Source of the DNA: Octopus sinensis
Lineage: Eukaryota
DNA length: 64,000 nucleotides
Direction: 5' to 3'
Assembly: GCF_006345805.1 (NCBI RefSeq)
Contig: NC_043001.1
Coordinates: forward strand, 29,016,001 to 29,080,000
Shown one piece after another: positions 38,346 through 53,591 of this stretch. The notes beneath the pieces were generated by a model. The model did no database searches. It had not been told where the DNA came from and saw only the letters and a program-made list of their open reading frames with translations. The position numbers were made by a program, and so were the translations under genes. Numbering within the stretch: position 1 is the first letter of the stretch; each line of letters starts with the position of its first letter.

Positions 38346-40247
38346 TGGAAGTGGAAAGAAACGTAGTTTGTAAAACTAAAAGAACTAAAAAAAAAGTATT
38401 TAAAATTTCTTATTGACTGATTTGAGCTAGATACTAAAGGAAGATAACATCTTCATTATCCAATATAGTCATTCTTTTTTAAAATGGCAAGATATGAATT
38501 GAGAGAGATTGTGTACTATTTCTGGCTGGTCAGTGGATTTATATAGAGGCTCCTATATAGCAGTATTGTTATTGTTAACTTTTATCATCTTCATTACTTG
38601 GTTTCACAAATCGAGATTTGAGGCTGGTAACTGATTAGGCCAAAACAGTACAGACAGATCTGATACAGCAACAGCAGTCATTCAAGAATTTGGACCTGAA
38701 GATCTCCATTTCCAGCGACTTCGAGAGTCACCTCCCAGTGGTGTTGGGCGTTAACGAAGAGCCCTCGACTACAACAAGACGACCAAAGTTCTTTTTTTTC
38801 CAAGGTCTGGGGTCTCCCGCCCCTAAGCCCTAGACCATCAACTAATCACCCTTACCCATCTTGTTGCTTAACAACAACAACAGCAACACAAAGCAAGTTT
38901 TAATCAGGGCTCAGCATTGCTGTGTCATAGCTCTTTCTCAATTTTTTCTTAATTATCAAAGGCAGCTCTGCATGTATCTAAGAGAAGACAGATTAGCAGA
39001 TTATGTTGCCAAGTCTTACAATGCAAGGCTTTAGTAGCCCACTGTTGACAGCTAATGTGAGAAGCCTCATGGGATTTCATTAGGATGTTCTCATACCTTT
39101 TCTTTGGTGCCTCCCTGTCAAAGTTGACAGTGGGGGGTGGGGTTCACCATGCAATACAATCTTATGCAAATGAGAATCTTCTATTCTGGAAACATATCCT
39201 GCCCAAAATAAATGTGACTCTGACTGCACAACTATGATGCAGGTGACTGGTGATGTCCCCCTACTTAGGGGCCTCAGTGTTGGTAACATAGTCACTCCAG
39301 GATGGTGTGGAAGCAGCATTGTTGGAAGCACTAAGAATGTTGCTTTTATAATCTACCAATAAAGAGATTAACTGAATTATGGCTGTATAGTTAAGAAATT
39401 TGCTTGCAAACCTCATGATTTCAAGTTCAGTCTCTATGCATGGTACTTTGGGTAAGTGTCTTCTATAGATTTGGGCAGACCAAAGCCTTGTGAGTAGGTT
39501 TTGATTGATGGAAACCAAATGATATATGGATATATGTCGCCTTACTGGCACTTGTGCCTGTGCTAGTAGGGTGCCAAGAGCACCATCCGAACGTGATCGT
39601 TGCCAGAGTGGCTAACTGGCTTCCATGCTGGTGGCACGTAAAAGGGCACCATTCGAGCGTGATCATTACCAGCGTCGCCTTACTGACACCTGCGCTGGTG
39701 GCATGTGTAAAAAGATTCGAGCGAGGTCATTGCCAGTACTGCCTGACTGGCCTCTGTGCCGGTGGTATGTAAAAAGTACCCACTACACTCTCAGAGTGGT
39801 TGGTGTTAGGAAGAGCATCCAGCTATAGAAACCCTGCCAGATCAAGATTGGAGCCTGATGCAGCCATCTGGTTCACCAACTCTCAGTCAAAATCGTCCAA
39901 CCCATGCTAGCATGGAAAGCGGACGTTAAACAATGATGATGATGATGATGTGCATTTGTCTCCTTATCTTGACATTGCATGATGAATGCAAATGAACATT
40001 ACTGCTATATAAGTGGTAAATTTAATTTTCAATCTCTAGCAAAAGTATGTCTAGCTATTTGGAAATATCATATTGGCTACAGAAAGGGCATCCATTCCTA
40101 GAAAACTTGCTTTGATGAACTTTATCTAATCCATATGAACCATGGAAATGTAAATATTAAAACAAGGTGATGTTAATGATGATGGTGATAATAATAACTC
40201 TACTTTTTTCTACTTTTTTATTTACTTGTTTGTTTGTTCCACAACAG

Positions 40248-40384
40248 GAAATTTTTCGCAGGTCGATACAAACCATGTTCCCCAAGTGAAGAAAAAGCTT
40301 GGCTAACAGCAATATTAAATTCTACTATGCATAAATTCGTAGAACTGACTGCTGACCAGTTACAAACCTTAATGACAAACCTAG
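40248..40384 (+). CDS. Exon 14 (module 4b), phase 2-1
   Basis: caacag|G AAA...CTAG|gtaagt; 137 nt; KFFAGRYKPCSPSEEKAWLTAILNSTMHKFVELTADQLQTLMTNL. Confidence 0.85.
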
Positions 40385-40882
40385 GTAAGTATTCTGTTAT
40401 TTTATTAGCCTTTTGGTGGTTTTAACCCCTTAGTGTTCAGATTATTGAATCAAACATAATGCTTATTGATTCCCATTGATTTGAATTAATCATGCATTAT
40501 CTTATATCTTCAAGATCTTGATGGTGTAATTACTTAATGTAGAATAACATTGTAGGGTAGGTGTGAGAGCCTGGATCTGGTCAGTTTGAACATAAAACAG
40601 ATTAACTATTTTGGCCAGATATGGCCGGTTTAAATACTAAAGGGTTAATCATTGGTCTACAGCCAAGCTGAAGCACAATTTCCATGACTTTCTGACCATT
40701 ATCTTAGTCTACTTCTTACTTCATCAATCCCATTTTATGTTGAACTGCAAAATCACATGACCAAAATGCAACAACAGTTTTGTTTTGGGATTTTGCAAAC
40801 AAAAATCACATACACAAACAATCACAAACATGCACACACACAAACACATAGATGCATACACATATGTATATATGTGTGCGAG

Positions 40883-40977
<95 letters not shown>

Positions 40978-41238
40978 TTTCCGTGCCGGTGGCATGTAAA
41001 AAGCACCAACCGATCGTGGCCATTGCCAGCCTCCTCTGGCACCTGTGCTGGTGGCATGTAAAAAGCATCCACTACACTCGTGGAGTGGTTGGCATTAGGA
41101 AGGACATCCAGCTGTAGAAACACTGCCAGATCAGACTGGAGCCTGGTGCAGCCTCCTGGATTCCCAAACCCCGGTTGAACCGTCCAACCCATGCTAGCAT
41201 GGAAAATGGACGTAACGATGATGATGATGATGATGATG

Positions 41239-41271
<33 letters not shown>

Positions 41272-41897
41272 AAATTCATTATTATTTAATGGACATTGAA
41301 TATATTATAAACAGAAATGGAGACAAATATAGATGTAGTGTATAGTGTGCATTGTAACAATAAAGGCAGGGTAAAGGATAAACTTACTTCTAGAGTTATA
41401 TAAACTCTTATTGCTGGTTTCCTGGATTCTGTGGCACATATATTCCTCCCTGAATGGGATTGCAGTCTGTTGCAGGATTATGTATTTTTGCCAGCTGAGT
41501 GGACTGGAGTAATGTGGAATGAAATATTTTGCTCAAGAACACAACAGATCCAGGAATTGAAACCAAAATCTTATGATCACGAGGGTAATGTCCAAATCAC
41601 TAAGCCACACACCACCATTATTGTAAAGATAATGGAGTTTCCTTCCAGCAAGAATTTTGGTAAATAGTTGAGTATTATGTAGAGTGTATGTCTGTTTATA
41701 CAAATACTTATAGATATTGGATAATAGCTTTAGGAAACTTCACAAAATTCTTGTTGGGCATTTTTGCATCAATAAGGTGTTCTAAGTGCATTCTTCATTA
41801 CAGTCATAAAAATTCCGAAAATACCCAAGAAATTTCCAATCAATTTTCTACATTTGACACTTCAATTTATCCCTGCCAATAATTTGATTTTTTCCAG

Positions 41898-41968
41898 AAT
41901 CATTACTGAAACCCAACAAGGCTTTATCTAACATAATTGGAATGGTATCAAATAGTACAACTTCACAG
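41898..41968 (+). CDS. Exon 15 (module 4c), phase 1-0
   Basis: ttccag|AA TCA...CAG|gtaagc; 71 nt; ESLLKPNKALSNIIGMVSNSTTSQ; strong splice sites and the phase the chain requires. Confidence 0.75.
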
Positions 41969-43244
41969 GTAAGCTATTTCTTGATATCACAAAATCAATG
42001 CAGAAGATGATTATTATAGACAATCTACAAATTCTGCATTTACTATACAGAAATTTACTTTTAGCTTCTACAAACTGAACTATCAATAATCATCATCATC
42101 ATCATCATCATCATCGTTTAACGTCCGTTCTCCATGCTAGCATGGGTTGGACGGTTCGACCAGGGATCTGGGAAGCCAGAAGGCTGCACCAGGCTCCAGT
42201 CTTATCTGGCAGTGTTTCTACAGCTGGATGCCCTTCCTAACGCGAACCACTCCGTGAGTGTAGTGGGTGCTTTTTACATGCCACCGGCACAGAATGAATT
42301 TATTGTATACAGAGCTCAGGTGCACCACAACTTGTCAAAAGTGTGTATAAAGCATATGCAGTAATGTACAAATGTCTGGAAAGTGAACAGTGTTGAAAGC
42401 TATACTTCTACTGGTGTTAGCTTCAGATTCTTTTAGAGCTGTCTCTCTTACTCTCTTTTTACTCTTTTACTTGTTTCAGTCATTTGACTGTGGCCATGCT
42501 GGAGCACCGCCTTTAGTCAAGGAAATCGACCCCAGGACTTATTCTTTGTAAACCTAGTACTTATTCTATCGGTCTCTTTTTCCAAACCGCTAAGTGATGG
42601 GGACATAAACACACCAGCATCAGTTGTCAAGCAATGTTGGGGGGACAAACACAGACACACAAGCATATACACACATATACATATATATATACATATACAT
42701 ATATACGATGGGCTTCTTTCAGTTTCCGTCTACCAAATCCACTCACAAGGCTTTGGTCGGCCCGAGGCAATACTAGAAGACACTTGTCCAAGGTGCCACA
42801 CAGTAGGACTGAACCCAGAACCATGTGGTTTGTAAGCAAGCTACTTAGCACAGCCACTCCTATGCCTATAATGTTTGAAAATAATGTTTACTAACAACTA
42901 AAGTTATTTTTCATATCACTATAATTAACCTCCTCATCATCATCATCATTTAGCATCCGTTGTCTATACTGGCATGAGTTGGATGGTTTGACTAGGGCTG
43001 GCAAGCTGGAAGGCTGTACCAGACTCCGATCTGATTTGACAGTTGGATAACCTTTCTAACACCAACCACTCTGAGAGTGTAATGGGTGCTTTTACATGCT
43101 ACTGGCATGGGTGCCATTTGCATGATACCAGTATCTGCCACGACTGCAATTTTACTTGGCTTGATGGGTCTTCTTTTCAAGCATGACAATGCCAAAGGTC
43201 TCAGTCATTGCCTCTGTGAGGCCCAATGCTTAAAAGGTGCTTTT

Positions 43245-43814
43245 TATTGGGTTGTCCGGAAAGTTCATGCCAAATTTTAAAGGAAAGAAAAAGGTCAATA
43301 AATACTTACCCTTATATTTTGAATCAACCAAATATGAAACATTTTGTTGCACAATGCGTCTCCATCTTTCTTTTAACTTGAAAATACCCTCTTCCCAGAA
43401 TTGAGGTGGTTTCATGACAAAGAATTCATCAAGGTATCTTTTTATGTTATCCAAGGAATTGAAATTTTTACCATTAAAACTATACTGCAGAGACCTGAAT
43501 AAGTGGAAATCCAAAGGAGCAATATCTGGTGAATATGGAGGGTGGGGTAACACATCCCAGCCGAGCTGCAGCAATTTTTGTCTGGTTCCCAAAGCATCAA
43601 GTGCCGAAATGAACTTTCTTATCTCCCATTTTAAAGGGTTACAAAATTAACACAGGTTATAAGAACATAAACCTTCTTCCACGAAAAGATAGCTCTAAAC
43701 TGTGCTCTAAATGGAGATGTAGTCAAATCCTATTTTATGGACTCAACCATGTTCTAAAATAAGTCGAAAGGTAAGCTACTATAAATTGGCATGAACTTTC
43801 TGGATGACCCAATA
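43245..43814 (-). mobile_element. Internally deleted mariner (570 bp); truncated copy at 61889-62053
   Basis: TIRs TATTGGGTTGTCCGGAAAGTTCATGCC / GGCATGAACTTTCTGGATGACCCAATA; WDVLPHPPYSPDIAPLDFHLFRSL C-terminus. Confidence 0.9.
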
Positions 43815-43964
43815 CATACCACTGGCACGGGTGCCAGTTACGTAACACTAGCATCATCCATGATTACAATTTCACTTGGTTTGATGGGTCTCCTCAAGCA
43901 CAGTAAATTGCCAAAGGCCTTGGTCACTGATCATTGCCTCTGTGATACCTAAAGTTCAAAGATC

Positions 43965-44990
43965 ATGCTTCACCACCTCATCCCATGTTTTCCTAGGCCT
44001 ACCTCTACCACAGCTGTCCTCACCCATACACATCACATGACCATACTAGTGCAATCGTCTCTCTTGCACACCACATTTGATACCTCTTATTCCCAACTTT
44101 TCTCTCAAGATGCTTACACTGTCAAACATGCACACTGATATTGCACATCCAGTGAAGCATACTGGCTTCATTTCTTTGAAGCCTATGCATGTCCTCAGCT
44201 GTTACAGCCCATGTTTCACTGCCATGTAGCATAGCTGTTCGCACACTGGCATCATACAATCTGCCTTTTACTCTGAAGGAGAGGTCCTTTGTTGCCAATA
44301 GAAGTAAGAGCTCTCTGAACTTTGCCCAGCCTAATCTTATTCTCACAACTACACCCTCAGAGCATCCACCTCCACTTTTAACTTGGTCACCTAGGTAACA
44401 AAAGTTGTCTACTACTAGCTTACCCCACTGACAGTTGATGGAGTCTGTTAATCTTCTTCTGATATTGCTGCACTTCTTATGTGTCCATAGCTTACACCAG
44501 GTGCATATTATGAAGTTTTTACCTCTGCCTTTTCTACAGATCGAGCAGAGCCATCTTCCTAAAAGGATTTGTGGTTTGTCTGCCTTCCTACTTACTAAGA
44601 CTTTGGTTTTTGCAAGGTTAACTCTAAGGCTCTTCGATTCTAGACCTCACTTCCTTACCTGAAACTTCTCTAGTTCTGATAGTGATTCAGTTATATGAAC
44701 AAGGTCATCAATGTAGAGGAGGTCCCAGGGGTAGCCTGTCTTAAATTCCTCTACTATTGCCTGGAGGACTATGATGAACAAGAGGGAGCTGAGCACCAAT
44801 CCTTGGTGAACCCCTACTTATACCCTGAATTCTTCGGTGTACTCATTGTCAACCCTCACCTTATTAGTAGCATCCCTGTGCATGGCATGTACAGTTCTCA
44901 TCAGTCACTCATCTATCCCTAGTTTCCACATTGACCACCAGATAAGGGATTAGAGGACCCTGTCAAATACTTTGTCCAAGTCAACAAGCT
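43965..44990 (-). mobile_element. RTE-clade LINE reverse transcriptase fragment
   Basis: RIRLGWAKFRELL...KGRLYDASVRTAMLHGSETW (ORF 44122-44346) and upstream RT motif remnants. Confidence 0.85.
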
Positions 44991-45513
44991 AAGTACTGAC
45001 CTTTGAACTTTGGGTATCACAGAGGCAATGATCAGTGACCAAGGCCTTTGGCAATTTACTGTGTTTGAGGAGACCCATCAAACCAAGAGAAATTGTAGTC
45101 ATGGATGATGCTAGTGTCACATAACTAGCACCCGTGCCAGTGGTATGTATTGGGTTGTCCAGAAAGTTCATGCCAATTTATAGTAGCTTACCTTTCAACT
45201 TATTTTAGAACAAAAACATAATCTTTGGTTTTGTACTTTTCCTGAAACTACCTTACCAAAAATACAGCATCAGTGATGCTTCTCCCTGGCACAAAACCGA
45301 ACTGCATCTCATTTAGTCTAACCCTCTTCATGATTAATCAGGCTATGACCCTCTCTGTAACTTTCATCTTTGTGGTTATTTCTCGAAAATACTAAAAATA
45401 ATCCAACTCACTTTTATCATAAATTTAAATTATCAGTTAATTGCAAGTGTTGAATGAAAGACTACTAAGATCAACATTTATTGTTTAGTAATATATAATG
45501 TCGATTTTTCCAG

Positions 45514-45632
45514 ATTAATGCACTGCTGAAGATGTTATTAAACACTATGAAGAATGACAGTCGCTCACCAGAATTAATGGCTCTTATGGAAATTTCATCA
45601 TGTTTAGAAAAGCTTGATGAAAGTCGCCTGAA
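45514..45632 (+). CDS. Exon 16 (module 5a), phase 0-2
   Basis: ttccag|ATT...CTGAA|gtacga (weaker donor); 119 nt; INALLKMLLNTMKNDSRSPELMALMEISSCLEKLDESRL. Confidence 0.75.
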
Positions 45633-46586
45633 GTACGAATTTTCATTACATTCTGTGTGTCCCACTCACACTTAACCCTTTCGTTACTGTTTTTATTTAG
45701 AGATGCTCTGCGTTTCTTTCATTTACTTTAAATATAACAAAGAATTTAGTAAAATAACTTTATTTATTTTGAGATGTTCTGTGTTTCTTTCAATTATTTT
45801 AAATATAACAAAGAATTTAGTAAAATAACTTATCATTAAGCTAGTGTTAGGAACATAAATTGTCACTAAATGTTGGTGGAAGATTTTAATTCAAAACTTT
45901 TGAAAGCAAGACATTTGTACTACAGAGCCAGAGCTGGTTTCAGCCGGGTTGGTAACGAAAGGGTTAAAAAAACTTCTCACAAACAAACCAAACTATGTCT
46001 CTACATTCCTCACATTTTGGCTACTTGCACTATGCTTACCACTCCCCAATTCTGTTTTCTTGGCCTGTGCCTCTGTATCATTGCTCTCCACTAGCCCATG
46101 ACCAGTGTGTTCCACCCACGCACCCTGTCTCACTGTATCATTGCTATCTGCAAGCCCCTAACCTGTGTGTTCCACCCACATGTAACAAGAAAACATTTCA
46201 CTCACCCTACCTCTACAACCAATCTACATCTCTTCTCTTCCTCACATTTCCTCCTTCATACACTATGCCTATCTCTCACTCCCCAATCCTGCCCTCATGG
46301 CCCTGTTTCTCACAGCCCTGTTCCTCTGTATCATTGCTATCTGGTAGCCTCCTGTCTATATATATCCAGGTTTTCGTCACTGACTCTCCCACACACCACA
46401 CTCTTTAATCACACTTCCTTCATGATATTCTGCCACTTATATTATGACATTCGAACTTCAAGAGTATGCCCTGGCACTTGCCACCATCTATATCTCTCGC
46501 TTCCTTTACTCAACCATCCTATTTATATTCTGATCCCCATCTCTTATGAGTATGCCCAACATTTTTCCACCACTTCTATCCTGCTG

Positions 46587-46645
<59 letters not shown>

Positions 46646-46716
46646 GCACTCCCCTTAGGTTGGGTAACCATGTATTTCCTTTGCAGCAGTGCACCTATTT
46701 CTGTCTTCACTCCTGA

Positions 46717-46767
<51 letters not shown>

Positions 46768-46984
46768 GCTGGGTAACCTTGTACCACCTCTGTGGCCATG
46801 CTGGAGCACCGCCTTTAGTCGAGCACATCACCCCAGGATTTATTCTTTGTAATCCTAGTACTTATTCTATCGGTCTCTTTTGCTGAACTGCTAAGTTTCA
46901 GGGACGTAAGCACACCAGCATCAGTTGTCAAGCGATGGTGGGGGGATAAACACAGACACACAAAAATACACACACACACATATT

Positions 46985-47016
<32 letters not shown>

Positions 47017-48170
47017 TATGCGATGGGCTTCTTTCAGTTTCCGTCTACCAAATCCACTCACAAGGCTTTGCTCGGCCCGAGGCTATAGTAGAAGACACTT
47101 GCCTGAGGTGCCACGCAGGGTGACTGTACCTGGAACCATGTGGTTTGTAAGCAAGCTACTTACCACACAGCCACTCCTACGCCACTCTTTGATAAGTTTT
47201 TTTTTGTTTTTTTTTTAGTAGGTTGAGTTATGTAAGAGGAAAATTAGGTATTATGTAGGTATGTTAAGGAAGTATATGTAGGAAGGGAAAGAGAATAAGA
47301 AAGTAAGTGTTTATAGGTGGTGGGTTGTCAGAAATCTTATTGTAAGATTTTCTTTGAACGAATTCTGTTATTGTTTAGGGTTCATTCAAGCATGGAAGTA
47401 ACTGTGTAAAAAGGTGTATTAAAATTCAGAGGTGCCAAATTCAAGTTGAAGCATTCTTTATATAGAAAGTCTGGTTTTGTTGTTTTAGAGTTCACAAAAC
47501 CATGTTTGTAGATGAATGAGTCGGTTATCCAGATTGAGTTTGAATTGGTTTTAGTATCATTAAATTTAAAGGTAAACTGTACTGTCTGATAGTACCTACT
47601 TACTGTTAGTTTATTCAAACTGGTTGATAGTTAAGGGTTCTTATCATAGATACTCTATGTTAGTGACTATTTAAGGCAAGCTGGCAGAAACGTTAGCACG
47701 CCGGGCGAAATGCATAGCCGTATTTCGTCTGTTGTTACGTTCTGAGTTCAAATTCCGCCGAGGTCGACTTTGCCTTTCATCCTTTCGGGGTCGATAAATT
47801 AAGTACCAGTTATGCACTGGGGTCGACGTAATCGACTTAATTCCTTTGTCTGTCCTTGTTTGTCCCTCTATGTTTGGCCCCTTGTGGGTAGTAAAGAAAT
47901 TAGTATTTCGTCTGTTGTTACGTTCTGAGTTCAAATTCCACCAAGGTCGACTTTGCCTTTCATTCTTTTGGGGTCGATAAATAAGTACCAGTTTCGCACT
48001 TAATCCCTTTGTCTGTCCTTATTTGTCCCCTCTATGTTTAGCCCCTTGTGGGCAGTAAAGAAATATATGTTAGTGACTATTTACATTTTTTACAAATAGT
48101 TAAGGGATACAACAGCAATAGTAGCATTGCATGTTTTATGCTTTATTTTCTTCTCTCTTTTTTTAATTAG

Positions 48171-48316
48171 AACACTCAGTGCAATTGGAAGGATGAAACA
48201 TGTGACTGACAACTGTATCAAACCCCTTAACGGTTTAGAAAAAATCATGAATTCTACTTCCATAAAAATTGCCGATATGGCCATCAATTACTTACACTCC
48301 ATGAAAACTATGTTTG
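48171..48316 (+). CDS. Exon 17 (module 5b), phase 2-1
   Basis: aattag|A ACA...TTTG|gtaagt; 146 nt like exon 8; TLSAIGRMKHVTDNCIKPLNGLEKIMNSTSIKIADMAINYLHSMKTMF. Confidence 0.85.
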
Positions 48317-49172
48317 GTAAGTCAGCCAGCTTCATAATTTCCATCATTATCCTCATGTTGTCTTCTTCATAATCATCCTCATTTCAGTTGCTAGCCATAT
48401 ACAAGGTAACACATTTGCTAAAGTAGGGATGATTTTGGTTGTAGTTAATTGAATTAGTTGAGAAGTAATAGTTGATGCTTTCTTTCAAAATTCAACCGGC
48501 TTCTGTGCCAGTGGCACATAAAAGGCACCATTCGAGCGTGAGCATTACCAGCGTCACCTTACTAGCACTTGAGCCCCATGCTAGTAGGGTGCTAAGAGCA
48601 CAATCTGAGCATGATCGTTGCTAGAGCGGCTAACTGGCCTCCGTGCCGGTGGCACATAAAAGGCACCATTCGAGTGTGATCATTACCAGCATTGCCTTAC
48701 CGGCACCTGTGCCGGTGGCATGTGTAAAAAGATTCAAGCGAGGTCGTTGCCAGTACCGCCTGACTGGCCCCCATGCCGGTGGAACGTAAAAGCACCCACT
48801 ACACTCTCGGAGTGGTTGGCATTAGAAAGGGCATCCAGCTGTAGAAACTCTGCCAGATCAAGATTGGAGCCTGGTGCAGCCATCTGGTTTGCCAGCCCTC
48901 AGTCAAATCGTCCAACCCATGCTAGCATGGAAAGCAGACATTAAACGATGATAATGATGAGGAGAATGAATAGAAAAATTCACCTTGACAAGATTATAAA
49001 TTATTATAAGACTATAAAGAAACAAATTTAAATGATGTTAAATTTTTAGTCCAATTTGCTATCATGTCTACCTGTCTACCACTTCATAATATAGTCATTT
49101 CTCATCAACTCCAAAGTTTTATTTAAAACTATGAAGGAATTATGCATGATTTTCAAATATTTACTTCTTCAG

Positions 49173-49246
49173 GGCAATTCAATGTTTCAGAACTGTTAAA
49201 AACATGGAAATTATATGAGACTATTTCCAGCCTTCCTCTTGCAAAT
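49173..49246 (+). CDS. Exon 18 (module 5c), phase 1-0
   Basis: cttcag|GG CAA...AAT|gtaagt; 74 nt; GQFNVSELLKTWKLYETISSLPLAN. Confidence 0.8.
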
Positions 49247-49774
49247 GTAAGTAAAAACTACAATCTGCAATTATTAAAGTGACTGAACATAATTTAACCA
49301 TGCTGAGTATTACAAAACTCATCATCTCCTTCATTTCACTCTCCATTTCTTTATATCATTCTTTTTCTTCTTTACCTCTCTTTCTTACAGAAACACACAC
49401 ACTCATTATTTCGCTCTTTTTAAACGACCATTGTCATAATAATAATAATATTCATTTTTAATGCCTGTGTTTAAAACCTATATCATATTGGGAATTAAAA
49501 CTCAGACAATACACACCAAGTTCTCAGCAGTATAGCACAAGCACTAAATTTTCTCCAGATTTTTACTTTGGTAATACCTTCTGAGAGTTTTTTTAACTTT
49601 ACGCTCCATATTACCAAGAATGAATTACTTATACTGATATATAAATAGCTATGATTAACAGACAAGTTTGTACTAATTTGCATATTGGTTTGACTGCAAT
49701 TAAGAAATTACTAATGCACCTCCTCTTTGCCCTATAATCTTATTCGTGTTATTTGTGTGATACACACACACACA

Positions 49775-50432
<658 letters not shown>

Positions 50433-52855
50433 ATACAAGCATACAAACCTGTACACACATGCATAAGATGCATTCCAGGAGTTTGAAACTTTTGGGGGAG
50501 AGGCATTTATTAATTTTAAAGAAGTACAAATCTCTAATCTCCTTTAAAGTAGGATCTTCTACCTTCAATGCAAGGGACCATACCAAGTTCCATAGTCTGT
50601 TTTGGCTTGCTTTCTACAGCTGGATGCCCTTCCTAACACCAACCACTTTACATGGCACCAGCACCATTACTTTTTACACAGTACCAGCATTAGTGCCTTT
50701 TTCATGGCACCAACACCAGTGCTTTTTACATGGCACCTTGGTTTCAGGATCTCAGTTCTGTTGTGGTAGGTGAGTCGTCTCGAGTACAACAATGTGCCTC
50801 CATATCTTGATCTTCTGTTGTCTCCTCTGTAAGGTTCAGCATTTTGAGGTCAGCCGTGTTTACAAACATAAACAGCTTAAAGCTTTAGAGAATAAGTGTA
50901 TTACTCACATGCTGAAACCAAGCTGAAATGGACAATGGAACCTGATGTGGCCTCTGATCTTGCCAGTTCCTGTAAAGCCATCCGATCCATGCCATATGGA
51001 AAATGGATATTAGATATTTATGATGACGATGATGATGAATAATGTTCATTATATAACTTGAAATCAAATTCGATGACTGGCACCCATGTTAGTGGAGCGC
51101 TAAGAGTACGTGATCGTTGCCAGAGCAACAAACTGGGTTCTGTGCCGGTGGCACGTAAAAAGCACCATTTGAGCGTGATCGTTACCCGCGTCGCCTTACT
51201 GGCACTTGTGCTGGAGGCATATGAAAAAACATTTGAGCGAGGTCATTGCCAGTGCTGCTGGACTGGCTCCTGTGCAGGTGGCACATAAAAAGCACCATTT
51301 GAGTGTGGCCATTGCCAGTACTGACTGACTGGCCCTCGTGCTGGTGGCTCATAAAAACACCCACTACACTCTTGGAGTGGTTGGCATTAGAAAGGGCATC
51401 CAGCTGTAGAAACTCTGCCAGATCAGATTGGAGTCTGGTGCAGCTATCTGGTTTAATAGTCCTCAGTCAAATCGTCCAACCCATGCTAGCATGGAAAGCG
51501 GATATTAAATGATGATGATGATGATGAAACTAGAGTAGCACTGAAGTACAATTTTAATTTTCACCTCTTAATGTGAGTAGTCACTACATGGTTGCTTAAT
51601 CTGCAAAATGTAGTAGCTAAATCTCTCTCAATTCACACACTATTGCTTCTTTTAACAAAAAGGGCACTTTGGATAAATGTGGTCTGAATTACACTATACG
51701 TGAGAAAAGTTACAGAACTGTCATGACTGAAATACTATTGGTTATAAATCTGCTTAATCTGGGTAAATCTGAATTAAAGAATAAAACTTTGAATATCTAA
51801 ATGATTTACAAATGATTTATCTTCCATCTTTTACTTGTTTCAATCATTGGACTGCTGCCATGCTGAAGCACTACCTTGAAGGGTTTTAGTTTAAAAAAAC
51901 CCAGTACTTATTTACATGATACTTATTCTATGGCCATCTTTTGCCAAACCACTAAGTTAAGGGAATGTAAACTAACCATCACTGGCTGACAAGCCATACA
52001 CACACACACACATATCATCATCATCATTTAACGTCCGTTTTCCATGCTAGCATGGGTTGGACAGTTCGACCGGGTCTGGTAAGCCACGAAGGCTGCACCA
52101 GGCCCTAGTCTGGTGCACCAGAGACATATATGACTGGCTTTCACTCAGTTTCCGCCTGCCAAATATACTCATAAGACATTGGTTGGCCTGGAGTTATAGT
52201 AAAAGACACTTGTCCAAGTTGTCCCTCAATGAGATTGAACCACAAACCATTAGGTTCCAAAGCAATCTCTTTAACCACATATCTATGCTATTGAAATCTT
52301 CAGAGAACAAAGTTTAAATAATATAAAATTGTTTTGACCTATACTATGTTATTTAACAGTCTAACGTATGGCCTCCCCCCGACTGGCCTCTGTGCCGGTG
52401 GCACGTAAAAAGCACCATCCGATCGTGGCCGTTTGCCAGCCTCGTCTGGCACCAGTGCAGGTGGCACGTAAAAAGCACCCACTACACTCACGGAGTGGTT
52501 GGCGTTAGGAAGGGCATCCAGCTGTAGAAACACTGCCAGATAAGACTGGGCCTGGCGCAGCCTTCTGGCTTCCCAGACCCCAGTTGAACCGTCCAACCCA
52601 TGCTAGCATGGAAAACGGATGTTAAACGATGATGATGATGATGATGAATCCAATATGCAACACTGCAAGGAAGACTATGTTAAAAAATAAACCTCATTTG
52701 GTCGCATTCCTTGAGAATATCTTGGTCAGCCTATAAACTTTTCAGCTGACCCTCAGGAATTTTCTGTGATAAAAGGTATCTAACTTCAAACTTATTAACC
52801 TCTCAAAGATTTTCTATTCTTTCAGTTAATTAAATGTAATTTTTTTTTTGTGCAG

Positions 52856-53013
52856 GCCAGTGCTATCAATGCCACTCTTGAGAAATGGCTAAAAGAATTG
52901 AAGTTATCAGACATTTCTATAAATACATCTGCCAAACATATACTACTGAGTTTTCTTGCCTGTAACCTTGAAATTGATATTACCAATATCAGAATAATGC
53001 CAGAAAGCATCAA
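52856..53013 (+). CDS. Exon 19 (module 6a), phase 0-2
   Basis: gtgcag|GCC...ATCAA|gtaaga; 158 nt; ASAINATLEKWLKELKLSDISINTSAKHILLSFLACNLEIDITNIRIMPESI (KWLK and FLAC shared with exon 10). Confidence 0.85.
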
Positions 53014-53064
53014 GTAAGACATTGTTTATTGTTTGCTTATTTATTTTGTTTTTCTAACATTTCA

Positions 53065-53127
<63 letters not shown>

Positions 53128-53560
53128 TTAAAAATAGGATAAAATCTTTATAAGAATTTATCAAGTGGTTAGCTTGAAAAACCTCATAAGAGAAAAAAAA
53201 ACCCATCAAATTTTCTCTTAAATATATTTATTTATATTATATGGAGGGCATTACTATACATAAATGCCACACACCAGAAGGGACTCTTAAAGTCAAAACT
53301 ACCAAAATAAATAAACACATTGTATTGAATGCGAGGGAATGCATTCAAGATTATCTTGAATTATACTTGCACTGACGATTAAAAAGTGCATTTCTGCACT
53401 AATCATGAAATCATAGGATTTGCAGCTGAATTCTGTTTTTAAAAGGTTTGCTTCAAGAGTTGCATTCCTCGGCATTCAATACAATGTGTTTATTTATTTT
53501 GGTACTTTTGACTTTAAGAGTCCCTTCTAGCATGTGGCATTTATGTATAGTAATGCCTTC

Positions 53561-53591
<31 letters not shown>

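Noticed and set aside
47382-47618. 78-aa minus-strand ORF in non-repetitive-looking DNA
   Set aside because: No recognisable motif or splice context; possibly a retroelement remnant
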